Position numbers and translations under genes: made by a program
Notes under the pieces: generated by a model
The model's input: the letters and a program-made list of their open reading frames with translations, nothing else
What the model was told of the DNA's origin: nothing
The model's database searches: none
Source: the human T2T-CHM13v2.0 reference genome, Homo sapiens
Strand: one strand, 5' to 3'
Assembly: GCF_009914755.1 (NCBI RefSeq)
Contig: NC_060928.1
DNA: 64,000 bases
Part shown: positions 42,423 through 56,680 of the stretch, in pieces
Numbering within the stretch: the stretch's first letter is position 1
Layout: every line of letters starts with the position of its first letter

Positions 42423-44129
42423 TAAAAGGCAAGTTTTGTACAAAAAATTATTCTGTTTTTTGAAAAAATAATATTTCCTCTGTCATTTTTTCCATTTTTT
42501 ACCTTTTTAACATGCCTTCCTTGATGAGATGTAAAATGTCTACTATGGTGTTAATGTGTATCTCAATAATCACCATTTTAAAATTTAACAGATATTAATA
42601 ATTAATTTTTTATGATTCCTACCTTAACCTTACAACCTGAGGAGGAAATGGTATCCTAGATGGAACAGAAATGTTGAAATGGAGGAGTATCTCACCTGAG
42701 AAACGCCATCTCCACCTCAAGTATGGCAGTACCTTGGTGTTGTCCTCAAACTCCAGGGTCTGTTGTTTACCATTGCAAGACTGGAAAATCAGTTGTTATT
42801 TCAGTAATAGAAAATAGCTTCCCAAATCCTCTCGTGGAAACTACACTCAATAAGAAACACATTTACTTAAAACATAAATGTCACATTTATTTTTAAAAAA
42901 AGAAATGTAATAAGCAAACAAGATATTTGTGCTCACTCAGTATTTCCTGTCACTATATTCCAACCTAATTGAATTGCCAATTATCATCTGAATTTTTCTC
43001 AGTGATTATCAAAATAGCTAATTCAAAGTAGGTTGATGACTTGTGTTATAAGTCTGACATGTACTGATATGTTAATCTTCACTATACGGATCTTTCTAAC
43101 ACAATTACCAAACACATAGGCCGTGACAGGCTCCCAACTAAATCACTCTAGACATATGCTATCATCATGTGCTTGTATCTGTTTGCCTTGGATATTTAAA
43201 CTCTCTTTAAAAGTTGTAAGACCACATATGCAAATAGTTGAATTAATCTAACCTCAGGTTATTCACTCTCATTTGTCCCTGCAAAAGCCCTTGATATTCA
43301 TTTTCAATCCTAGACCCAATTCCCATCCCCTTCCATACATAGACACCTACTTTGCTCTACTTAAAATAAGACATACCTTTATATATATAATAAATATCAT
43401 CTGAAGGTATAGTATTGAATTATATTTTATTTTCAAAACCAGTATTTTTATGAATCATATTTTAACATAAAATTAAATTTTACCCTTTTTATTTTTCTGT
43501 ACACAACCAGTTATTTGTGTTTGCCTGCATCACAGCATTCCATTTTACATACCCAGCACACTTTACTTTTATTCATACTCCCACTGATAGACCTTATATC
43601 TAAATTTCTGCCACCCCTCTTATTGGTATCATGAATATATTAATATCTGTTCCTAAAATGATCTGTTACTAAATTTAAGCATATAAATACAATTTTGAGA
43701 TAGTAAGTACGTAGAGAATTTACATTAATGTCAAAGTCATCTGCTCATAACAGGAAAGGGAAAGTGTTGTCAAATATCCATATCATTGTGATTATTTGGT
43801 ATTACCAAAATTTTACTTCTTTTAATCCTAACAGGCTAAGGTGCTATGTTAGTGTTGCTCATATTTGTGTTGCTTATTACTCTAAGAATATTGTCAGACA
43901 TCTTTTATACCTGTTTACCTTTTACATACTGGCCATTTACATCCTTTGAACATTTTTCTAATATATTTACTATTTTTCTTAGTTTTTTTCAGGATTAAAA
44001 TATATTATGTTAATGTATAATTAGTTTTAGAAATTGCAAATATTCTCTTTCAGACTTGTATAGAATTGTGTTTTCTTTTCATGTCAAAGTAGTTGACATT
44101 TTTCCCTACAGGTTTTAGTTTGTTCATCA

Positions 44130-44520
44130 TTAATAAATTTATTGACTTTATATTTTTAAACAGGCCCAAATTTAGGCATTTAGGGTACAGAAATTAAAAA
44201 TAATAAAAACTAATTAACTAACAAACTAAATAAATACTAGAAAATCACTTTTCTCAATGGAGCTTACCTATTTTTGAGGATATGGACAATCATCAAACAC
44301 ATTAACTTAAAGTATGTAAGGTGATTATAAGTGCAATGAGAACAAAATATTCACAGGAAACATATACAGCATGATAGTGATGTGTGATAATTTATAAAGG
44401 AAGGTGAAAAAAGTTATATTTGAACAGAAAGCTAAAAGAGTAGAGAATAACCTCCATGTGGTTATTTAGGAAAAAATAATTTCAGGCGAAAGGAAAAGAA
44501 GAAACAAAACTCACAGTTTT
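44130..44520 (-). mobile_element. L2 3' fragment
   Basis: AAATTTATTGA...CAGGC...TAGGCATTTAGGGTACAG...ATGGAGCTTAC...ATAAGTGCAATGAG pattern. Confidence 0.55.
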
Positions 44521-44819
44521 GAATTTTTTTTTACAAATACATTATTTGAGTAAATCATTGTAATAGAGGATCCAGAGTTCTTGGATATTTCTACTTTAAC
44601 AGCACCTTGTGTTTATTCCTAAAACTTTAAATCACGTATCTTAATAGCTAGTATTATACATTCTCCATTTCGTCCTTTATTTTTAAAAAGTCTCAATATC
44701 AGCTATTCATTTCCATATAAGTTTATCACATTTTACTTTAGATTTCAAATTTCTAAATACTAAATAAATATTTTAATTTATGAGATGGAACTTGTTATAA
44801 TATGATGTTGCAACATTTC

Positions 44820-47300
44820 CCTGGTACCAAAATTGGAAAAAAAAGTTATTAAAAAAATAAAACTACAGATCAATGTTCCTTATGAATGTATATGCAAAAA
44901 TCCTCAACAAAATATTTGCAAATCAATCCAATAATTTAAGAAAAGGACAAGACATTACAACCAAGTGTGTTTTATTTTAAAAATGCAAGGTTGATTTAAC
45001 ATTTGAAAACCAATCAGTGCAATTCATTATATGTCTTAGTCCATTTGCATTGCTTAAACAAAATACCTAAGACCGATCAGCTTACTAACAAAGTAAATTT
45101 ATTTCTCACAGCTCTGGTGGCTGAGAAGTATATGATCAAACATCAGCATATTCGGTGTCTGGTGAAGGCTTATTTTCTCATAGATGACACCTTTGCACTG
45201 TTACTCACATGTTGCAAAGGATAAATGGGCTCCTTTCAGCGTATTTTATTAGGGCACTAATACTATGCATGAGGGCTCCGTGCTCCTGACCTAATAACCT
45301 CTCATAAAGTCCCATTTCCCAATACCATGACATTAAGGCTTAGGTCCTAACGTATGAAACTTAGGAGACACAAACATTCAGACTACACCACCAAGTCAAC
45401 ACACTAAGGAAGAATAACCATATAATCATCTCCACAGATACAAAAGTGCATTGCGGAAAGTAAATTTAGCAAATTTTTACATCGTCATATAAACACACGC
45501 ACACACAGAGACAGGCTGACTCTCAGCAAACTGAGAAGAAAGTAGTACTTCCTCTACTTGACAAAGGTTGAGAAACTCACATTAAGCTTATGTCTAAAAT
45601 ATTTAATGTAGAAAGACTAAAAGGTTTTCTCTTATACAGGGAACAAAGACATATCTATTTACTATTGTACTGAAGGCCCTAGTCAGTGCAATAGGATAAG
45701 AAAAATCAATAAATGTCATACAGATTTTTTAAAAATAATAAAGCTGTCTCTATTTGCATATTATTTGTCTATCTAAAATAAATATCAAAAATGACAAAAA
45801 TGTTATCAAGACTAATAATAAGTTTAGCAGTTTGCAGGATACAAAGTAAATATATAAAATTATATTTACAAAATTGAATTTGTTTTTGTAATTATATGGG
45901 GATATATATTTTATATATTATGTTTGTAACATATGTATGAAAATATGTAACAGTAATATTAAAATATTTATAGGCAAGAAAGATATAGTCAAAAGTACTA
46001 AACATAGATGAAATAAATCAAAATAAACTTAGAGAAATATACTATTTTCATAGTTTTAAACACTCAATATTTAAAAAAATCAATTTGCTCTGATTTGCCT
46101 ATATATTCCACACAACTCCAATCACATTTCTAGCAGGAATTTCTAGAAATTAGCAAACAGATTCTAAAACTTATATTCAAAAGTAAAGCAACAAAAAACA
46201 GTAAAACAATTTTCAAAAAAATAAAGAAAAAAGCTGGAAGGCACTTTTCTTTATTTAAGAGTGAACTCTAAACTTGCAGTAATCAAACACTGTGGTACCA
46301 GCAAAAGACTAGACATAGAACAAATGAACAGAAAAGAGTCTAGAAATAAAAGTACACATATTTGGCCAATTGATTTTCAACAAAGATACCTAGGCAAATC
46401 CATTAATAAATAAATTCTTCTAAATAAATAATGATAGGATATTTGGATATCCACATTAAAAAAAAAGCTTGACTTTTTTGTATTATTTAGTTTATAATTT
46501 ATTACATGATATATGTAAATTAATTCTAAATAGATCATAAATCTAAAACTAAAGGAGAGACAAGAGGAGGAGGTAGAAGAGGAAGAGGAGGAGCAGAAAA
46601 TATAGGAGAAATATTTAGCAATGTGACTTTGGAATAGACAAAGCATAGCTTAGATATGACACCAAATGCATACTCCATGGAAGAAAATTTGATAAACTGA
46701 ACTTAATAAACCATTTGGTCTTAAAATGACATTCTTAAGAAATTGAAAAGACATCATATATTGAGGATATATTTATAATATATATATCTGATAAACCATT
46801 TATCTTTTGAATATATGAAAACTTCTTAAACCTTCAATTTTGAGAAATAACATAATTTTTACAAATCAACAAAACATTTAAATAGACAAATCACCAAGAA
46901 TTATATCGGTGGCAAATAAACACATATGAGGGAACTAAACATCACTGGTCACTGGAGAAATGCAAATTAAAACTACAATGTGATATCACTACACACCTAT
47001 TATAGTGCCTTGAATACAAAATAATAGTAGTAATGGCAGTAGTAGTAGTAGTAAAATACTAAGTACTAGTACAGATGCTTAGAAATTGAACTACCTTGCA
47101 TCGCTGGTGGACATGCAAAATGGTGCCGGCACTTAGGCAAATAGTCTAGCAGTTTCTAGGAGACATAATCATAAACTTACCATGCTACCCAGTAATTCCA
47201 CATCTATATATTTGCCCAAAAGAAATAAAAATTTATGTTAACACAAAAACCTGTACACTAGTATTTATAGAGGACTTGTTATGTAATATCAAAACTAGAA
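44820..47300 (+). mobile_element. Old L1M ORF2 and 3' relic, interrupted by an MLT1A LTR
   Basis: ATGCAAAAATCCTCAACAAAAT, GTAATCAAACACTGTGGTAC, GAAATGCAAATTAAAACTACAATG. Confidence 0.8.
45032..45390 (-). mobile_element. MLT1A/MLT1A0 solo LTR
   Basis: TGTCTTAGTCCATTTG...ATTTATTTCTCACAGCTCTGG...CACAAACATTCAGACTACACCA, about 360 bp. Confidence 0.82.
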
Positions 47301-48843
47301 ATGATTTTATTTTATCCTATTGCAATAATATAATCACCCAAATTTGGGAGCTGATATGATGCTACCCTTCCATCTTCACCTGACATTGATATGACTTTTC
47401 TAATTTGCTAGTATTTGATAAATGTGAGATAAATAGTGGATCAAGGAAATGAAGATAAAAGAAAATAACTCCAACTAGAAAATTACCTTAGAGCATAGGT
47501 ATTAGTTTAGGACTTCTGCTTTTTTTCTTTTTATTTCTAGGCTGACATTCACCTGGCCTCAGTCTCACACACATGCACACGCACGCACACGCACACACAC
47601 ACATTCTTCACCTCTCTTCTCACTATTTACTGTAATAGCTACTGAATCTTATCTAGGTTTGACTTTTGCACTTAAATGTCTGAGAATATGTTTTTAATAC
47701 CTTAAAAATGACAATTGACCAGTAGATTGTAAATGTGGAGTAGTCTGCAAACCTGGAAACATATTTGCATAGAACGACTAAAGTTTTAGCCCTGAATTTA
47801 TCCATATAACTCCATCATGTAGGGATATTAATATAAATAAGTAAGAAGATGCATTTAAGGTCACATTATCAACTATCAAATTATTAGTGATACTATGAAC
47901 TGGGACTTTTTAAACATTACATATATAATGAATACATTTGAATTTGCTTTTCAACATAAATACTACAAGAAAATAATTTTATGAATGCCTTAATCTAGAA
48001 AGTGTATTTTATGTGACAGATTTATGACAGCCAAAATAGGGACTGAAGCAATGAAGCAATATGTGCTTCACATGTATGTAGTATGTCACCTTTCTTCTTT
48101 AAAGGAGATGTAAAGACTATTCTAAGAACTGGTATGCAAATATCTTCTATACTATCCTCGGTTGCCACAAATTCATGCAAGAAGTGCACAAAGACATACA
48201 ACACAATCAAACAATTTAGAATTCTAACTTTTATTTCTAAAGTCTTAGGTGGATTTTCTGCCTTAGATGAACCTTAGAGCTTAAAGATCCCTTCTATCAT
48301 ACAGCAGAGCCTAATAAACCCTTTGACTGCTCCTCTTAGAGCACACTGTTTAATATTTTGACTCTATATCTTAATACTCCACTAAGATAGAAGCAAAGAA
48401 AGGGAGTTACAAGGCAAAACCTTCCAAAAAAAATCATTTTCTCTAAATCCCAGAAAAAACCTCCTTGATATCTCTGCAGCCAGGGCGTCCTAAGGCAATG
48501 ATTTAGGTGGTAGCTACGGGGCAATTTTACAACTAAGGCATTATTGAAGGAATCAATTCCAATATTTTACATAGACTCAATCATTGGAAAATCCTCTTTC
48601 TACAAATCAGAAGCTATGTCCTTCGTTTAATAATATATTTGACTCTGATCAAATTACTTTCAGTTCTTCTTCTTAGTGATACAATTATTTGGGGCAATGT
48701 GTAACTGAAAAAAGATGCAAAGCACTTGGTTTCTAAACGTCTGCTAATGGACAAAGATTATATTATGAGGTGCAAAATTAAATTCACTCTGCATATGGAC
48801 AAAGTTCAGTATATTCACTGAGGGAATTTATTGACTACCTTAG

Positions 48844-49163
<320 letters not shown>

Positions 49164-50689
49164 TACTACCTTAGTTTTATCAACTAGTACTACATGACAG
49201 AAATTGCACCTTGGAGTGTCTTAATTCTCACTATCCTAAAAGATCTTATTTTAGTAATAGCCACAAGTAAAGACTTTACAATTATGAATTCCTAATTATT
49301 TGAAAAAGCATTTAGCAAGTATTTTTTAAATATAATCTTATGCTTAAATTAAATTGACACCATAAATATTTAGGGATATATCAAGAGTAGATTTTTATAT
49401 GTCAAAGGTAGATATTGTTTTCTATTCAGACGGCCCCATTTTCTTTCTTCTGTTGTCCTACTTATTTGGCAAGGATGCCACTTTTAATTGGACTAATGGC
49501 TCAAAGCCACAAATTTAAATTATTTGAATTAAATCCTGTGCTTGCACTTGTTCTTCTGGCAGTTGATTCTTATCACCCCAGGAATGGTCTTGGAAATTTT
49601 TATCTATTAGGCTAAATGTTGAGCGTGGAAAAAGTTATAAAAATATCCATAGATTGCTCAAGGAAAAAAGATAGAAATATCGATAGCAGAAGGGCAAAGG
49701 AATTATGCTCATGATTCACTAATATAAGGTATATTTTTAGTAGATGAAATGTGATTTAAATATATTTCCTAAACAAATATTAGATCTGTTTTCTCATCAT
49801 GGTTAGTTAGAAATAAAAGCAAGAAATAAAAGCAACAAAATTATAAAGTGTGGTAGACAGAGGTAACCAATTTTTTTCAGGGTTTTAAAAATATGTGTGT
49901 ATGTATATGTATATATTGTATATGTATATGTATATATGTATATATACACATATTTTAGAAACTAAAAGTTTCTGTAAAGTTCTTTTCTAAATGGCACTTT
50001 ATAGTTTCTCAGAAAACCATGTTGAGTGAGAAGCTTTCTCTATATCTCTGTGTCCCTCAATCTTCACTTTGTTGGCTTCCAGGAGCTTCTTTTCATCTTG
50101 GCTCTTAAAGTATCTGCTACTGTGATCTCCTCCATTATTTTTCCTCATTAATTTAATTTTACAGAAAATAAAGTGTAGGTTCAGAAATTAAATACTTCAA
50201 CTAAAAGACGAATTCCATTAAAATTATAGTCCTTGCTCATTTTCAAGTGTTTGTAAAGTCACCTAGTACCATCATACACATTTTTCTTTGGATGTTTTCC
50301 CTTCGAGGCTTCATATTATATGTGACCCAGAATAAATGAATTGTTTCCCTTAACAAGTATCTATCAGCATTTTTCTGTGTATATTATAAGGTCTTATAGG
50401 TACACTTTAATGTTCTTAGAGGTAAAAAACAAAAATCAACTGTATTTTACTTAAGCAAAAAATACACTTATCTGATGGATTTCTGTGTGCCCATACAATT
50501 AGCTGAAGGAATGAACTGTGGTGAAGGAATGAACTGTGGTAAAGAAAGAACTGAGAGAAGATACAATCAGGATTCTCTTCAGTTGTAGATTACATGGGTC
50601 TCTCCTACATATTTCATCACTGGAATTTGACACAAATGCACTCATGATTCTGAGATAGTGACTGGGCATAACATCTTATTGTAAAATAC

Positions 50690-51490
50690 TCTTTGAAATT
50701 TCATCAATAAATATAATAAAGAAACAGAGAGAACAAATTTGCCAGTATCAGAAATTAGGAATGAGAGAGAGTATATAAGTAAGACCCCTCAGACATTAAT
50801 ACAATAATTATGATAATTATGAAACAATATGAATGAATTTACTTGCATTCATTTGACAACTTAGACGAAATGAACCAATTCTTCAGATAAATACTGCCAA
50901 AACTCACTCAGGATGAAAAAGATTATATGAATAGTACTATAACAATTAAGATATTAACTCTGTAATTTAAAACGCTTTCAAAAAACATCTCCAGGTCCAC
51001 ATGGTTTTACTGGAAAATTATACAGATTTTAAAGAACAATAAACACAAATTCTACCAAACTTCTCACAGAAATTAGAAGAGGAGGCAAAACTCTTTGACT
51101 TTTATGAGGCCACTATTAATTGTAATACCAAAACCAGTACAAAAAAAATTACACATCAGTATAGTACATGAACATGAATACAAAAATCCTCAACAAAGCA
51201 AATAACAAAGTTGTATACACCAAAATATGTGTATGTGCACACATATGAATGTATATACACCACATCCGAACCAAGTGGAGTCTATTCAGAAACAAAAGTC
51301 TTATTTAAAATTGAAATGTCCATCAATGTCAGATTGATCATTTGACAAATTCCAAGATATACTCCTATTAAACTCTTAGTAAAGTAGGCATAGAATGTAA
51401 ATCCTTCAACCTGATAAAGAACACCAAGGAAGAACCTAGATCTAATATTACACTTGACAGTGAAATATTGAATGACACCTCTAGGAGAAT
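50690..51490 (+). mobile_element. Old L1M ORF2 fragment
   Basis: TTTGACAACTTAGACGAAATGAACCAATT, CCAGGTCCACATGGTTTTACTGG, TTTTATGAGGCCACTATT. Confidence 0.75.
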
Positions 51491-51584
51491 AGGGATTTAA
51501 GAGTAAAAGGAAAAATAATCTGAAAAGCAGCAACTTTTAATTGACTGCCATAAGAAAAAAGTTCATATGGGAAACCAAGAAATA

Positions 51585-52620
51585 ATATTTTGAGGTATGT
51601 TCCTTTAATGCTTAGCTTTTTGAGAGTTTTTATCATAAAGGACATTGGATTTTATCTAAGACTTTTTCCACATCTATTGAGATGATCATATGTTTTTTAT
51701 TTTTATATCTGTTTATGTGGTGAATTATATTTATTGATTTTTGTATGTTGAACTAAATTTGCAACCCAAGAGTGAAGCCTACTTGATCATGGTGAATTAA
51801 CTCTTTGATGTGCTGCTGGATTCAGTTTGCTAGTATTTTGTTGAGAATTTTTGCATTTTTGTTCATCAGCGACATTGGCCTGAACATAGTTTTCTTTATT
51901 TTGTTGTGTCTTTGCCAGGTTTTGGTGGCAGAGTGATGCAGTGATGCTTGGTTCATAGAATAAGTTAGGGAGGAGTCCCTTCTTGATTTTTTGGAATTGT
52001 TTCAGCAGAATTGCTACCAGCTCTTCTTTGTGTGACTGGTAGAATTTAACTGTGAATCCATGTGATCTGGGGCTTTTGTTGGTTGGTGGGTTTTTTATTA
52101 CTGCTTCAGTTCCAAAACTCAATATTGGTCTGTTCAAGGTTTTAGTTTCTTCCTGACTTAATTTCAGGAGGTTGTATATTTCTGGGAATTTATTCATTTC
52201 CTTCAGATTTTCCAGTTTGTGTGCATAGAAGTGGTCATAATTGTCACTGAAGATCTTTTGTATTAAATGTTTCTGTGGGATTGATTGTAATTTCATCTTT
52301 TTCATTTCTGTTTGTGCTCATTTTGATTTTCTCTTTTTTTTTGCTTCATTAATCTATCTGCCAATCTATCAATATTTTTTATCCTTTCAGAGAACAAAGT
52401 TGATTTTGATGATTCTTTATATGGAATTTTTGGTCTAAATTTTGTTTAATTCTGTTCTGGTTTTATTCATTTTATTTATTCTGTGATATGTCAGGTTAGT
52501 TCATTCTTGTTTTTATAGTTCCTCTAGATAATGATGTCAGATTGTTAATTTGAGATCTTTCTAACTTTTTGAAATAGTCATTTAACATGAGAACCTTTCC
52601 TCTTAACACTGTTTATGCTG
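51585..52620 (-). mobile_element. L1P (L1PB/PA16-age) internal ORF2 fragment
   Basis: ORF 51787-52305 'KLENLKEMNKF...KSPRSHGFTVKFYQ' is ORF2-like. Confidence 0.85.
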
Positions 52621-54420
52621 GCTAAATCTGGTTAATTTTGAACATCAAAATAAATGAAAGTAAGACATTGTAACTTATTGGATAAATGAAGAATTCATGA
52701 GTCTATTCCATTATAAATATATAAATTAGTAATAAATACCTGAGGTGAATGATAAACTCTGTTTCACTATAAAATGCCAACTAATACATGTAGAATAAAT
52801 GATGGAAATAAACAATTAGCATTTCACAAACATCATAAGGTGGTTCGGGAAATAGTTTTTAAAAGATGCCAATGCACATATGTGGAGTTTGGATGAAAAT
52901 CAGAAAGTGGGACTTTAAATGTGATAATTTGATTTTAAAGCCTTAATGCTATATACATATTATAAGGATAAAAACAAAGTATTTATAGTTAAATATATTT
53001 TGTTGTAGCTAGAATTGGTAATTTAAGGTTTTGTGTTTGCATTATGGGGTAAAGCAAATATGATATTCTAATTTCATTATTTTTCATGTAGTTGCAAATT
53101 GAGATGCTCCGGGAGAGAAAAAAAAATGTGTGATATAAGAGGATAAGCCTTTGTAGTCTTGAATCTTAATAGAAAGTTTAATATAAATATATAATGTGTG
53201 CTCTCTTTAAGAATAAAAAAGTTATTTAACTATTTATTCGATCTAGTCCACTGATAAGGGCTAGCACAACCAACTCGGTAGCAATAAACATGTGACCCAG
53301 AGTCTGTTTTCTAAATACCATTTTCCTTTAATATTTTGACATATTAAACAGCAAAGAAACAAGGAAGAATGCAAAAATCATGCCAAAAGGACTCAGGAAC
53401 CAAGTTGCAGATAGTTACACTTTCCAAAGATGGAAAAATCTCGACATTGATAAGTGTAATATTTGCAGTGGATTGACACACATCAAATACGTTTAAAATA
53501 CGTGAGTCATAGTTACACAGCAAAAAGGGAAATTAATAGAGGAGGTTTGTGAATCAGAACATTATGTTGAATACTGGTAAATAGAGTAAGTATTCTGCCT
53601 TTTCTATGTAAGCTATGATATTAGATAACCAATAATAGATGAGGAAATATTTCTCTTTCCAAAAACATTCCAGCTAGTGAAGTGGGAAAGATTGACAGAA
53701 TTATAGTCAACTTTGAGACACTGGAATAAATTAATGGACCTAAGCATTGATCATCAACGATCACTAACTTCACAAAAAGAGAGGTAACTAGATAGCATGT
53801 ACTCCAGGATAGAAGTGTACTCTCCACTGCCTATTAAGGATACTTGAAAAAAAAAAAAAAAAAGAAAGAAAAAAAAAAAGCAAATCCAAATCTGATCAGC
53901 CTCTAGAGCCAATGACCACATTTCAAAAAATACAGAGACAATGCCACAGGGATATAGTTAGCAAAATTCAGTCTGTGAGAAGTACTAGAGGTCAAATGAT
54001 CCAGTTTCTTCAACAAATGAATTGCAGAAAAAAAAAAACAAATGTAGGCGGCACTTCTGAATTAAAAGAGACATAAGAGTCTTACAAATTGAAATGTGTA
54101 GAACATGTTTGAATATTCATTCAAACAAACTGAAGATGAAATTGAACCTGATGTGATAATTGAAATTTAAAACATTGAGTAGATATTTGAATTTATGCCT
54201 ATTTTTAAGAGTGTTTATCTGATAGTAAAACATACTTAAATACTATGGGCAGAAATGATATGGATAATGGGAATTTTCTTAAAATAATAGGTACGTATTT
54301 GAAATAAAACCAGCAGGATTAATAATTACGGAAGCTGTGTGATGAGTATATGGGGTCCACCATGCCATTCTACATACTTTTGAATAGGTTGAAGTTTTTC
54401 TATAACAAAAAGTTAAAAAT
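52620..54420 (+). mobile_element. L1MC/MD 3' UTR relics
   Basis: AAGGACTCAGGAACCAA, GTGGATTGACACACATCAAATA, AATCCAAATCTGATCAGCCTCTAGAG; ends TTTTTCTATAACAAAAGTTAAAAAT. Confidence 0.7.
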
Positions 54421-56680
54421 AATCAGAGAAATATCTTGAGTTTCCCACACTAATATAAGATTCATCATTCCATGACTCTTTCATTTTTCTCATAATAATC
54501 TTCTTTTCTACTTTTCAGTGTTAAACTGTTATCTAGCACATCTAGTGACATATATATATATATAATATTTCTACCTTTAAAAGTTCTGTTTTGATATATT
54601 TTCAAACATATATCTTTTCATTCTTTCATTCCTTTTATTTTATTTTTAACTACAACTTTTTAGAAACCCTCCTCATTAGTTATTATTTTATATTGTATAT
54701 ATTTCAACATCTGAAGTCCCAGGGTACTCAATCTATTATTTGGTATTTTTACTCAGTATTGCTCCTAGTGGATTGTCTCTTCATGTGTTTGATTTTTTTA
54801 AAATTAAGAACTTACATTAATTGTGATTAAGCAAAATATCAGTAACACTATCCTCATTTTTTATTGATGCTCTCCTTAAAGGTTGAGGTTTTCTGTGCCA
54901 CACTTTAACAGATGATATTGGCCCTTCTATTGCTTTCTTTTCATTGTGTGTCTTAGATCTAAATATCTTCTCCATTGCTTTGAAATCTTTATTTTCCAAA
55001 GCTTTGGTTCCAGCCATCGGCATTTGTCCCCATTTCATCCAACCTCCTTGATCTCTTCTTGCTCTGGTTTCAGCTTGATCTTACATTATGTTGAGATTTC
55101 AGATAAAGTAAAAATGTACTTAGAGGTGTGATGGTTTTAATTCATCAAGAGTAAGTTTGTATTTCTGTAGGGTCAAAGGGCCTTCAAAGCTACACCATCT
55201 CACTGCCAGAAGTAAAACAAAGTCTTAATATTTTAATATTTCTTTTTAATTAACAAAGTTCCTATGTTCACTATTAAAACTACAGATTAAAAAAGATACA
55301 TTTAATTCAACATCGTATACATTATATGTCTGAAAAACATAAATGCATATAAAAAGAAAATTGTTATTAAGTGTAATATTTGCAATGGATTGACACAGAT
55401 CAAATATGTTTAAAATACATGAGTCATATTTATACAGCAAAAAGGGAGGTTTGTGAATCAGAACATTATGCTGATTACTGGTAAATAGAGTAAGTATTCT
55501 GCCTTTTCTATATAAGCTATGATATTAGATAACCGATAGACTATTATGTTTTATTTTAAGAAAAATCTAAAATTATTATGTTTTTAAAATAGAAAATGCA
55601 TAAATGCCTTTCGTAAGACAATTTTTATTGGAATCTTACCACTTATTCTCTATATTAACAAAATATTTAAAGTATACTTCTTTAAGGCATGATATTTTTT
55701 TCAGAATTCTTGACTGTTATGTATTTATTGTTGTTGCTTCAGAAAATGCTTGCTTCCACAGAGACATTGAGGCCAATAGTCAGAATTGCTGAATAATTCA
55801 AATTGAAATAGAAAATAAAATTCAATACGATGATATTATGTGATAGATTTTCAATAGGTTACTAGTAAAATCTTGTTTTCTTTTTATCCATTCTTTCCAT
55901 TGTTGATAAAGTGGCAATTTAAAAAGTGTAAGTATAAAAATTCTAGAAGATAACATTGGAAAAACCCTTCTGGACATTGGCTTAGGCAGGGATTTCATGA
56001 CCAAAATCCCAAAAGCAAATGAAATAAAAACAAAGATAAATAGGTGGGACCTAGTTAAACTAAAGAGCTTTTGCACAGCAAAAGGAACAGTGAGCAGAGT
56101 AAACAGACAACCCACAGAGTGGGAGAAAATCTTTACAATCTATATATCCAACAAAGGACTAAATATCCAGAATCTACAGCAAATTCAAACAAATCAATAA
56201 GAGTAAAACAATCCCATCAAAAAGTAGGCTGAGGGCATGAATAGAAAATTTTCAAAAGAAGATATACAAATGGCCAACAAACATATGAAAAAAATGTTCA
56301 ACATCACTAATGACTGGGGAAATGAAAAGTCAAAACCACAATGTTATACCAAGTCACTCCTGTAAGAACAGCCATAATCAAAAAACCAAAAAACAGTAGA
56401 TGTTGGTGTGGAGGCAATGAACAGGGAACACTTCTACACTGCTGGTGGAAATGTAAACAAGTACAGCCACTATGGAAAACAGTACAGTGATTCCTTAAAG
56501 AATTAAAAGTAGAGCTACCATTTGATCCAGCAATCCCACCACTGGCTATCTACACAGAGAAAAAGAAGTCATTATTCAAAAAAGACACTTGCATACCTCT
56601 GTTTATAACAGCACAATTCACAGCTGCAAAATCATGGAACCAACCCAAATGCCCATCAATGAGTGGATAAATAAACTGTG

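Noticed and set aside
47515-47560. Strong-looking splice acceptor TTTTTTCTTTTTATTTCTAG|G
   Set aside because: No ORF, donor site or other exon evidence; it runs into a CA repeat.
50504-50539. 18-bp tandem duplication TGAAGGAATGAACTGTGG x2 (similar 23-bp case at 161-206)
   Set aside because: Ordinary slippage duplications.
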